Assembly: GCA_030390025.1 (NCBI GenBank)
Contig: CM059425.1
Span: 172,734,001-172,798,000 of the forward strand
Source of the DNA: Squalus acanthias
Taxonomy: Eukaryota
Direction of reading: 5' to 3'
DNA: 64,000 bases
Below the pieces are notes generated by a model that did no database searches, was not told where the DNA came from, and was given only the letters and a program-made list of their open reading frames with translations. Below are positions 1 through 11,400 of this stretch, piece by piece. How positions within the stretch are numbered: the stretch's first letter is position 1; each line of letters begins with the position of its first letter. The position numbers and the translations under genes are program-made.

Positions 1-74
1 TCTCCCTAAAGGAAAGGAACAACCTGAAAATGTTACCGTCCTCCAGATAGCACTTTTAATAAGTTTAGCTAGAC

Positions 75-932
75 TGTAACGTTCCGGGTATTATGAGGGT
101 CCGGAAAACTCCCCCAGAATTCTGCAACTCCTCACGAAAGAGTGTACAGAGATTGAGTTTGCGAGTTTTTGATACAGAAGTCTTATGTGAGACAATTCTA
201 AAAATATATAGATTTATTAAAGAACTGACATGTAATTTACAGTTGGTGAGTCAATCGCAACATTAACAGTTCCAAAAAGAGAAAGCTTACAATCCTATTA
301 TCAGAGAACCTTAACTTCGCTACAGTTTTACAGTTCTTACAGTTCCATTCAGGATATCCACCAAAATCAAATACCTTTGATCCCCGAGGTACAAAGAGTT
401 GGAGACTTACAGAGCCGCCTCTGAAGCCGAGAATCGCTTTGCCCCTTTAAAGCGAGTCCGTTATCCCATTTGAGAGTTCAATATTTATACCCTTTTCCAG
501 TGGTATTTCCTTTAAGGTTTTCTGCTGATGTAAGCTAATTATCTCTAGTCATTTTTCTGCTGACCCCTGCAATTCTTACAGTCACCTCAGCTGGTAGCAT
601 TACAGAATTATGTCTCTTCTCCAGGTGTTCTAAGTTTACCATAAAAAACGGTGTTACGGCAGGTGTGTTTTTTACTTGATGTCATTTTTACGAAGGCAGA
701 TGTTTCTTACTTTTATGTGCTTCTTTACGAAGTGTAAATGAGAACACCTTATCCAGGGTGAACCATTGTTTAATTCCGAAAGGTTCAGCCTGCCGGAGCC
801 TTTAACCTTCTGTTTCAATAAGGTTATTGATTCAGTGTCAACAACTATCTTATCTCAATAGCCAGAATGCTTTCACAGCTTTTTCATAATTAGGTTTCTA
901 GATTTCCAAACCCAGTTTGTCATGTTTTAACA
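75..932 (-). mobile_element. Solo LTR (ERV- or Gypsy-type)
   Basis: Begins TGTAAC, ends TTAACA, flanked by 4-bp direct repeat AGAC (71-74, 933-936); minus-strand TATAAA at 489-484 and AATAAA at 218-213 in U3-R-U5 order. Confidence 0.75.
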
Positions 933-1713
933 AGACCAGAATTCTTTCAAAAGATAGTGTATTTTTCTGAATAGGTTATATGGCTTATTCCTTCACAGTT
1001 ATGTGTCATGGGAGGTGCTATGCAGAGGCCAAGCACTTCCCCACATGAAGGCGAATTACACCAGGCTGCTTTTGTCTGATTCAGAGCAGCATCAGCAGAT
1101 TTCCCAGAAGCAGGTTTCCTACTCATGCTTTTGCAGGTGGTGTGTGACAGAAAAACGATGGAAGGTAGTGACACTAGAGAAGGGAAAAAGATAAAGCCTA
1201 AATTTCCTTCTGTGGAAAGAAAACTTCTGGGGGAGGGGAAAGACATAAAGAGGCATCCTCTCATAAGATTTAGGAAAATGGATAATTTTCAGAATAAAAA
1301 TGAGAGCTGTATTATTTTTAAACTTGATAGGCCATAGAAATTTAATACCTGACCTAACCGCTTATCCCATTATAATTTAGGCTTGGTTGTCTGTTTAAGA
1401 AATGTTTCAGTTCACATTAAGTGATACGTCACTTTAGGGGGGACAGTTCACTGACCCTTACTATAAGGTAGGTTTCGACATGTTTTTTAATTGTATTTAT
1501 TCCCAGATCTAAGTGTGCCTTTACAGACTTTGAAATACAAACACAATTAGTTGCTTTGCATAGCTGGGCTTGAAAAAAAATAGCTTTCTGTGGAATTTGT
1601 TTCTGACCGTGTTGAAATATATTTTTGTCCTTCTGTATGAAAACCATCTTTTCCCCCTCCCTTGGACTGCCTGTTTAATAATTTATATAATGTATTTTTG
1701 TTTACTGTAACAG

Positions 1714-1887
1714 GAGTAAAACCTAGGTCAGGATGGGCTATTGATCCATTTGGGCACACATCTACTATGGCATATCTGTTAAAACAGACTGGTATTTCAA
1801 ATATGCTAATTCAAAGAGTCCACTATTCTGTGAAGAAACACTTTGCTACTCAAAGGAGCTTCGAATTCTTTTGGCGGCAGAATTGGG
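1714..1887 (+). CDS. MAN2A1: Alpha-mannosidase II coding exon (~exon 6), 174 bp, contains catalytic nucleophile motif WAIDPFGH
   Basis: cag|GAGTA...TGGG|gtatgt; [23 protein letters not shown]...FFWRQNW, closer to MAN2A1 than MAN2A2 as recalled. Confidence 0.95.
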
Positions 1888-2188
1888 GTATGTGAAATTA
1901 GTATAATGTATCTAATGGCACAGTAACTGGTTGTAAAACACTGAGGCTACAGTTCTTAAATTTCTAATAGCTACTGGTATCATTGCAAATTTAAACACCA
2001 ATTATTTTGGTGCTGAAATCATAGCTTGCACTGCCCCACATCATTTACTATGTTGGGCAGAGGGCTGAATATGAATAGGTGCAAGGACCCACTGTTCAGT
2101 GCCACAGGAGAGCGACATATGTAATTGTCAAATAATAATGTGACAGTCATGGAATTCAAACTCCAAAGTAAAAATTCCATAATACATT

Positions 2189-2869
2189 GGCCTGGAATCT
2201 GTGGTTGGGATGACGGCAAACTGGCAGCGTTCCCCGTCATTCCGCCTTTGAAACTGCCAGCAACTTCGGGATTCGGCGCATGCGGAAATCCCGAAGTTGC
2301 GGTCAGTTATTGACAGCTCCAAAACAGACTGCGCTGCATCCGCCCCCCAACAGAGCCAGCAATCTGTGTAATCAGCCAAATCATTGAAACTGACGAAAAC
2401 GTCAGTTCTTCCGCAGTAGGTGCGCTGTTAAATTCCCCACGAAAAGTTAGACCCAAAGGTATTGGGTGTAACTGGGGTTTTGACAGTGTTATTACTGCTA
2501 AACAACTGTTAAGGGCCTGGAAAACTAATTTTAATTTCGTGCAGTGTGAAATTTGTTCATTTTAATAAAAATTAAAGTTTGTCCATCTTTATTTCAGGTT
2601 TGCCTTTTCCCCTTGTGAGAGCCCCAATCCTCCTTTTGCTCTCTCTAACTATTTTAAAAAGTTAGAATTTTAAGAGCTTACTCACTTCCTTGTTCGCTAT
2701 CTGTGAGAATTCTGCCTTTTGATTGGTTGCTTCAACTGCCTGTTGCCATCACAGCAGTTCGCACAAGGGAATCCCCACTAACTTCCGTTGATTTGAATTG
2801 ATGGTTGGAAAACCCGAAGTTCTCGACATAGGGATCACGAGATCCTTGCGCGAAGCATACTTCGGGGCC
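2189..2869. mobile_element. Non-autonomous DNA transposon (GG..CC MITE type)
   Basis: Imperfect ends GGCCTGGAA / TTCGGGGCC; internal GCATGCGG..GAAGTTGC.GTCAGTT block shared with the element at 42458-43209; no clean TSD. Confidence 0.45.
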
Positions 2870-3510
2870 AGCAGCTAGTTCCTTGTTAATGATGCCCTTG
2901 TTCCAGGTGAAACCTTTACTCTCTCCCACTGTGGTCATTCCCTTGGAATGGCCCCCAACTTTGTTCCCTTGGGTCCAAGGAATGCAGACTTGACTGTATC
3001 TGCCACACAACTGGTTTAGCCATCCATCGCCAGATCTGGCTGGACCACATTAAGCATTATCAGCCCTGCTATCCTCTGCCAAAACCACTCACTACTCCAG
3101 GATCATCCTGGAGAGCAAAGATAAGCCCTGGTTTCTTTTACCTATTGCCAACTGTCTCCTTAAACCCCGCTCCCCTGCCCCCTCCACCCTCATCTCTAAC
3201 AAGAAGTATGAGGAGCTCATGGACTAGTTTGTCACTAAGGTTGAGACCATCCGTTCAGTTGCCTCTGTCACCTGCTTCCCCCCTGCCCTAGGTCGGAACC
3301 CACAGCTGTCTCTATTTTCTCACCTATCTCCAATCATGACCTCTCTGAACTCATTTTGTCCATGAAATCCACATCTTGCTCTCTTGACAGGATTCCCACT
3401 AAACTACTGACCACCCAACTTCCCTTCCTGGACCCCATGTTTGTTGACATTGTAAATGGTTCCCTCTCCTCAGGTATTGTCCTGCTCCCTTTCAAAACCG
3501 GTGTCATCAC

Positions 3511-3609
3511 CAACGTTCCCCCTAAACTGTGTGGCTGTGCAGCGATCGGGATGTTCCACAGCAAGTTTAAAGGACCGTGCACCTAAAATAAAAATTAGTG
3601 GGAACATTG
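3511..3609. mobile_element. 99-bp hAT-like MITE
   Basis: TIRs CAACGTTCCCCCTAA / TTAGTGGGAACATTG; 8-bp TSD GTCATCAC / GTCATCAG. Confidence 0.75.
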
Positions 3610-3774
3610 GTCATCAGCCCCTTCCTCAAAAAAAAAACTACCCTCGACCCCTCTGTGCTTGCAAACTACCGTCCCATCTTCAACCCCCATTTCCTTCAAG
3701 TCCATGAATATGTTGACTCCTCTCAAATCCATGCCTATGTTTTCCACAACTCCATGTTTGAATCTCTCATCAGG

Positions 3775-3912
3775 TGCTTCAAAAAGGAAATATTTGTAGG
3801 GCTATTAGGGAGGGAGTTGGAGAGTGGGATTAATTGGATAGCTCTTTCAAAGAGCTGGCACAGGCATGATGGGCTGAATGTCCTCCTTTTGTGCTGTAAG
3901 ATTCTAGGATTA
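3775..3912 (+). mobile_element. CR1-type 3' tail fragment
   Basis: GCTCTTTCAAAGAGC..GGCACAGGCATGATGGGCTGAATG..GTGCTGTAAGATTCT, matches CR1 tails at ~30690 and ~38200. Confidence 0.6.
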
Positions 3913-4249
3913 TTTCCTATCACAACACTGAAATGAGTCTAATCAGAGTCACAAATGGAATCCACTGTGACCGTGGTGCTCTAATTCTCCTCATCCTTCT
4001 CGACCCCTCTGCAGTGCATGATCTGGTTGACCACACCATGCTTCCTCCAATGCCCTTCTTCTGTTGTCCAACTCAGTGGGACTGCCCTAGCTTGTTTCCA
4101 CTCTTGCGTATCTGATGATGGACAGAGCATCGCCAGCAATGGCTTCTCTTCCTGCCCCCGTACCGTTACCTCTGGAGTACCCCTAGGATCTATCCTTGGC
4201 CCCCTCCCCTTCCTCCTCTATAAGCTGTCCCATGGCAACATTAACTAAA

Positions 4250-4361
4250 ATGAGAAGTCGCACAACACCAGGTTATAGTCCAGCAGATTTATTTAATTTT
4301 ACTGTGTTGTGCGACTTCTCATTTTTGTCCACCCCAGTCCAACGCCGGCATCTCCACATCA
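4250..4361. mobile_element. Short palindromic insertion, probably Penelope-like terminus
   Basis: 14-bp direct repeat CAACATTAACTAAA (4236-4249, 4362-4375); 22-bp perfect inverted repeat 4247-4268 / 4304-4325. Confidence 0.55.
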
Positions 4362-4656
4362 CAACATTAACTAAAGAATGGGGAAAGGTTCCATATCATA
4401 GAATCATAGAATAATACAGCATACAGCGATCATGCCTGTGCCAGCTCTTTGAAAGAGCTAAAAATAGCAGTTTAACTGCATAATTCCATTAGCATATCTC
4501 CGCTAATGGATATATGCACCATGTGGTGTGGTGCTGAGCCATACGTGTATACTGACGACACTCAGCTCTACAACTTTGCCACCTCTCTCAATTCCTCTAC
4601 TGCCTCTGTGTTGTCAGACTGATTATCCAACACCCAGTCGTGAATGAGTCGTGAAT

Positions 4657-5364
4657 TTCTTTTTATTCGTTTATGGGATCAGGGCATCGCTGGCAATGCC
4701 AGCATTTATTGCCCATCCCTAGTTGCCCTTGAGAAGATGGTGGTGAGCTGCCGCCTTGAACCGCTGCAGTCCGTGTGGTGATGGTACTCCCACAGTGCTG
4801 TTAGGTAGGGAGTTCCAGGATTTTGACCCAGTGACGATGAAGGAACGGCGATATACTTCTAAGTCAGGATGGTGTGTGACTTGGAGGGGAACTTGGAGGT
4901 GGTGGTGTTCCCATGCACCTGCTGCCCTTGTCCTTCTCGGTGGAAGAGGTCGCGGGTTTGGGAGGTGCTACCGAAGAAGCCTTGGCGAGTTGCTGTGGTG
5001 CATCTTGTAGATGGTACACGGTGTGCTGGTGGTGGAGTGAGTGAATGTTTAAGGTGGTGGATGGGGTGCCAATCAAGCGGGCTGCTTTGTCCTGGATGGA
5101 TGGTGTCGAACTTCTTGAGTGTTGTTGGTGCTGCACTCATCCAGGCAAGTGGAGAGTATTCCATCACACTCCTGACTTGTGCCTTGTAGATGGTGGAAAG
5201 GCTTTGGGGAGTCAGGAGGTGAGACACTCGCCGCAGAATACCTAGCCTCTGACCTGCTCTTGTTGCCACAGTATTTATGTGGCTGGTCCAGTTAAGTTTC
5301 TGGTTAGCGGTGACCCCCAGGATGTTGATAGTGGGGGATTCGGCGATGGTAATGCCATTGAATG
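4657..5364 (-). mobile_element. 5'-truncated LINE family B (CR1/L2-group EN-RT)
   Basis: FNGITIAESPTINILGVT..YKAQVRSVMEYSPLAW and the family-B 3' tail GGGCAATAAATGCTGGC. Confidence 0.85.
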
Positions 5365-5796
5365 AGTTATTAAAACCCTGATTCATGCCTTTTTCACCTC
5401 CAGACTCGATTATTCCAATGCTCTCCTGAATGGCTTCCTATCCTCCACCCTCCATAAAGATCAGTTCATACAAAACTGTGCTGCCCGTATCCTATCCCAC
5501 ACCAAGTCCCACTCACTTATCACACCTGTGCTTGATGAACTATATTGGCTCCCGGTCCACAAACTCCTCCAGTTAAGAATTCCCATCCTTGTGTTCAAAT
5601 CCCTGTGTGGCCTCAACCCTCCCTATCTCTCTAACCTTCTCCAACCCTACAACCCTCTGAGAACTGCTTTCCACCAACTCTGGCTTCTTGTGCATCCCCC
5701 TCTGCTCGTTATGAAAATCTTTGTATATTGGCAGTCAAATTGCTAATATATTACCTTTATGCCTTCAGTCATACCCTGTTTTTATTTTAATTTCAG

Positions 5797-5983
5797 ATCA
5801 GAGTGGAAACACGGACATCTTATGTCATATGATGCCCTTCTATAGCTATGATGTTCCTCATACTTGTGGCCCTGATCCTAAAATCTGCTGTCAGTTTGAC
5901 TTCAAACGTCTTCCTGGAGGCAGAATTAGCTGTCCTTGGAGGATACCTCCAGTTGAAATACATGATGGCAATGTTCAGGAAAG
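5797..5983 (+). CDS. MAN2A1: Alpha-mannosidase II coding exon (~exon 7), 187 bp
   Basis: tttcag|ATCAG...GAAAG|gtaaca; [35 protein letters not shown]; phase joins both neighbours. Confidence 0.96.
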
Positions 5984-6094
5984 GTAACATATCTAAAATC
6001 TTCAATCATCAAATTCAAAAATCAGTTCAAAATCTGTATTAAAGAGTAATCGGAAGTAGATTTTTGCACACCTCCTCGTGCTCATTGAGATATT

Positions 6095-6776
6095 GGGGGG
6101 AAAATTCTGTATCGACTATTTTGGGGTACTAACATCGCCTGGGCGCTAACTTTAGCGCCCAGCCCTAATTAGGGCCGGCGACCGCGAAATTGAGGTTTAG
6201 CGCCCCAAGAGGGAAGTGGAGCGCTAAATCAAGTACTCCACTTCCTTCTTAGGGCGCTAACGTCGGAGAGTGGGGTGGAGACTTCAGCAGTGCTGCTGCG
6301 TTCAAAGGCTCCTTTCCTCTCTTAAAGGGAAGGGCCATCGCTGTAGGCTCTGCAATTTAAAAATTACCTACCTGGACCACCAAGGCAGCCGCGAGATCAG
6401 CCCAGCACTCGAGCAGACTGCCGGGCTGATCAATCGCGGGCAGGAACCCGCGAAAAAACTAGAACAGGAAAGAGAAGTTTTTTTTCCACTTACCTCAGCC
6501 ACCTCGTCTTTAATCATTGCCCCCGAAGTGGCCGGCCGCCCGATGCACGCCTCCTGCAGCTGTCGGTGTTTTCGACCGGCACTGCTGCAGGGGGCGGAAG
6601 TCAGTTTCGCGTCCGGGGCGATGCGCACAGCGATGACTTCATGATCTCTGGGTGAAGGAGGTCGGGGCGCAACGCTGTAGCTCCGCCGCAAAACTCCCGC
6701 TGAATATGGCGGGAGTTGATGTTGCTGCCGCTCACGGTTGCAAAGCCAAAGCGCAATGTCATCCAGTTTCACCCCC
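6095..6776. mobile_element. GC-rich PIF/Harbinger-like MITE
   Basis: Ends GGGGGGAAAATT / CAGTTTCACCCCC; 3-bp TSD ATT (6092-6094, 6777-6779); internal GGCGCTAA/TTAGCGCC repeats. Confidence 0.6.
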
Positions 6777-8427
6777 ATTGTTCTCTGCTATTTCTGGCAT
6801 GGAAATGGTATGTGGTTCAGGGAAGTTCAAAGCTCCCATCTCTGGGTATTCCTTTTGTATTCATTATTGTACCCACCAAATGCTACATGGGGGCTGGAGA
6901 AATTGAGAAATAAAACTTCTTTTGAGATGTTTTGATATAAAGTGACATTGTGATCTTGGAGCATCAACCATGTGGGCCACCTCTTTCCTGTGTGTTAGAA
7001 AAGCATCTACCCTCCTCTCCCACTTCCTGGGGCGGGGAGGGGTCCCCTAAATTTATTTTCACATTTGTTATCTGTGTGCGTAAGTAATATTTAGACACTT
7101 TAAAACATTATTAAAGGAGATTTTCACTCTGGTTTTGTTCCTGCTTTTGGGAATTTTCCTGTGTGCTTTCAAAAAAGGAAAAGAAAGCAACATGATAAGA
7201 TGTCTGCATTAAAGCATTATGTGCAATGCAATCAAGCACTTACCATCATGACCTGGGGCACTGAGTCCAATTGTATTACCTTGACTGCTAGTCTACCTGA
7301 GATGAGCTTAATGCAGCGATTGGGGAGTCTATGTGGCTCAGCTACTCACTGCCATAACCAGCTGAGTCATCGAGGGAGCGTACTCCCTTCAGTGCCCTCA
7401 ATGGCAGAGGACTTTTCCAAATTGGATACCTGGGACATTTTGTTTACCTAAGCAGCTACAAAATAGCAGTGCCAGTCGTGATTACTGATTATGGTAATTG
7501 ATGATCTAAAATTGTCAATGACATTCCAGGAGCATTTTAGTGATTGTATCTCTTCTTTGAGAATCTTTAGGAACACTGGAATGTACAGGATCAGAAAAGA
7601 CCATTGTGTACCATGAGGATATCCCTTTTCCCCATATTATACATTGCCGCCTCACTGTCTTTTCTTATTGCATTGCTAAACTGACTGGCACTTAGAAAGC
7701 AAGGCTCTCTGCCTTTCTCTAAATTTTTCAGACTCAGACCTCCTGTAGACTGCCTTTTTCTCCCCATGGAGAGAGAGGAAACCAGAAGCTTAATCTCTGT
7801 CCCCCTCAGCTCTCTATATTGAGAATTGGCCTGTCAAGCTGCCAATCAAAGCTTCCACCTTGAATTAGAAACCTCCCACTCCCCCCGCCCCCCTTTCCCT
7901 CCACTGGTATAATAGCCATGGCAACTGCATTAGTTGTTTAGCTCATGAATGCAAGTCATTCTTGCTTAACAGGTATGAATTTCTCAGAAATGTGCTGATG
8001 ACATTGCCCACTCCATTGTCTCAAACTGATATTTTGAAGGTCATATAGTCTGATACCCACATTAATTGCATCTAATCAACATCTGGAATAACTTGTATGT
8101 TCTTGAGAATTAACCCCTTGTGAACTGAATTTAACTTAATAGCCGCATTCTTTTCATTCATTCTTGGGATGTGGACGTCGCTGGAAAGTCTGGCATTTTT
8201 TGCCCATCCCTATTTGCCTAGACAAGGTGGTGGTGGGGCTTCTGCTTGTACTTCAGCAGTTCTGTGTGGTGAAGGTGCGCCCACAAAGCTGTTAGGTATA
8301 GATTTCCAAGATCTTGACCCAGTGACAATGAAGGATCGGTGATATATTTCCAAATGAAGCAGTCTGTGCACACATGCAGCAAGACCTGGACGACATTCAG
8401 GCTTGGGCTGATAAGTGGCAAGTAACT

Positions 8428-11400
8428 GGAACGGTAGCATACTGGTTATGTTACTGGACTAGTAATCTAAAGGCCTGGACTAATGATCCGGAGATGTTAG
8501 TTCAAATCCCACCACGGCAGCTGGGGAATTTAAATTCACTTAATTAAATAAAAATCTGAAATAAAAAGCTAGTATCCGTAATGGTGACCATGAAACTATC
8601 GGATTATTGTAAACATAGAAACATAGAAGATAGGAGCAGAAGTAGGCCATTCGGCCCCTCGCGCCTGCTCCGCCATTTAATGAGATCATGGCTGATCATC
8701 CAAATTCAGTACCCTGTCCCTGCTTTCTCCCCATATCCCTTGATCCCTTTAGCCTTAAGAAATATATCTAACTCCTTCTTGAATATATTTAATGAATTGG
8801 CCTCTACTGCCTTCTGTGGTAGAGAATTCCACAGGTTCACCACTCTCTGGGTGAAGAAATTCCTCCTCATCTCAGTCCTAAATGGCTTACCCCTTATCCT
8901 TAGACTGTGACCCCTGGTTCTGGACTCCCCTGCCATCGGGAACATCCTTCCTGCATTTAGTCTGTCTAGTCCTGTTAGAATTTTATAAGTTTCAATGAGA
9001 TCCCCTCTCATTCTTCTAAACTCCAGCGAATATAAGCCCAATCGTCCCAATCTCTCTTCATACGTCATTCCTGCCATCCCAGGTATCAGTCTGGTGAATC
9101 TTCGCTGCACTCCCTCCATGGCAAGAACATCCTTCCTCAGATAAGGTGACCAAAACTGCACACAATACTCAAGGTGTGGTCTCACCAAGGCCCTGTACAA
9201 CTGCAGCAAGACATCCTTGCTCCTGTACTCGAATCCTCTCGCTATGAAGGCCAACATACCATTTGCCTTCTTAACTGCCTGCTGCACCTGCATGCTTACC
9301 TTCAACGACTGGTGCATAAGGACTCCCTAGTCTCGTTGCACTTCCCCTTTTCCCAATCTATTGCCGTTCAGATAATAATCTGCCTTCCTGTTTTTGCCAC
9401 CAAAGTGGATAACCTCGCATTTCTCCACATTGGGCAGATGCATGGCAGATGCAGTACAATCACCCAACTTGTCCAAATCATACTGGAGTTTCTCTGCATC
9501 CTCCTCACAACACACACGCCCACCCAGCTTTGTGTCGTCTGCAAACTTGGAGATATTACATCTAGTTCCCTCGTCTAGATCATTAATATATATTGTGAAT
9601 AACTGGGGTCCTAGCACCGATCCCTGCGGTACCCCACTAGTCACTGCCTGCCATTTGGAAAAAGACCCGTTTATTCCAACTCTTCGCTTCCTGTCTGCCA
9701 ACCAGTTCTTTATCCAAGTCAGTACCTTACCCCCAATCCCATGTGCTTTAACTTTGCAGGCCAATCTCTTATGCGGGACCTTATCGAAAGCCTTCTGAAA
9801 GTCCAAATACACCACATCCACTGGTTCTCCCTTATCTATTCTACCAGTTACATCCTCAAAAAATTCCAGTAGATTAGTCAAGCATGATTTACCTTTTTTA
9901 AATCCATGTTGACTTTGTCCGATCCTGTCACTGTTTTCCAAGTGCTCTGCTATTACATCTTTTATAATGGACTCTAGCATTTTCTCCACTACTGATGTTA
10001 GGCTTACCGGTCTATAATTCCCCGTTTTCTCTCTCCCACCTTTTTTAAATAGTGGGGTTACATTAGCTACCCTCCAATCCATTGGAACTGTTCCAGAGCC
10101 TATAGAATTTTGGAAGATGACCAGCAATGCATCTACTATTTCTAGCGCCACTTCCTTAAGTACCCTAGGATGTAGATTATCAGGCCCTGGGGATTTATCT
10201 GCCTTCAATCCCGTCAATTTCCCTAATACCATTTCCCTACAATACTGATTTCATTCAGTTCTTCCCTCTCATTAGACCCTATGTTCCCCGACATCTCTGG
10301 GAGGTTATTTGTGTCCTCCTTTGTGAAGACAGAACCAAAGTATGTATTTAATTGGTCTGCCATTTCTTTGTTCCCCATTATAAATTCCCCTGATTCTGAC
10401 TGCAAGGGACCTACGCTTGACTTCACCAATCTTTTTCTCTTCACATATATATAGAAGCTTTTACAGTCAGTTTTTATGTTTCCTGAAAGCTTACTCTCAT
10501 ACTCTATTTTCACCCTCTTAATTAATCCCTTTGTCCTCCTTTGCTGAATCCTAAACTGCTCCCAATCCTCAGGTTTGCTGCTTTTTCTGGCCAATTTATA
10601 TGTCCTCTCCTTGGATCTTATGCTATCCCTAATTTCCCTTGTTAGCCACGGTTGAGTCACCTTTTTTGTTTTATTTTTATGCGAAACAGGCATGAACAAA
10701 TGCTGTAGTTCATCCATGCGATCTTTAAATGTTTGCCATTGCCTATCTACCATCAACCCTTTAAGTAACGTTCCCCAATCCATCCTAGCCAATTCGCGCC
10801 TCATACCATCGTAGTTTCCTTTAATTAAATTCAGGACCCTAGTCCCTGAGTCAACTACTTCACTCGCCATCTTAATGAAGAATTCTCTCATATTATGATC
10901 ACTCCTCCCCAAGGGGCCTCGCACAACAAGATTGCTAATGAATCCTTTCTCATTACATAATACCCAGTCTAAGATGGCCTGATCTCTAGTTGGTTCCTCG
11001 ACATATTGGTCCAGGAAAGCATCCCGTATACACTCTAGGAATTCCTCCTCCACAGTATTGTTGCTAATTTGGTTAGCCCAATCTATATGTAGATTAAAGT
11101 CACCCATGATAACTGCTGTGCCCTTATTGCACGCGTCTCTAATTTCCTGTTTAATGCCATCCCCAACCTCAGCATTACTGTTTGGGGGTCTGTATACAAC
11201 TAACGTTTTCTGCCCCTTCGTATTTCTCAGCTCTACCCATACAGATTCCATATCATCAGAGCTAATATCCTTCCTTACTATTGTGTTAATCTCCTCTTCA
11301 ACCAGCAATGTTACCCCACCTCCTTTTCCTTTTTGCCTGTCCCTCCTGAATATTGAATACCATTGGATGTTGAATTCCCAGCCTTGGTCTCCTTGGAGCC

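Larger units (their letters stand above)
2990..5705 (+). mobile_element. Decayed L2 LINE, interrupted by several younger insertions
   Basis: ORF2 relics LDRIPTKLL, NYRPI, TSGVPLGSILGP, YTDDTQLY (~4548), SRLDYSNALL, LYWLPV. Confidence 0.8.

Noticed and set aside
947..1337. Short ORFs upstream of the first exon as an extra MAN2A1 exon
   Set aside because: No GH38 similarity in the translations; the exon chain from 1714 is in phase without them
6095..6776. CpG island promoter or 124-136 aa ORFs
   Set aside because: Bounded by TIR-like ends and a 3-bp TSD; ORFs are by-products of high GC
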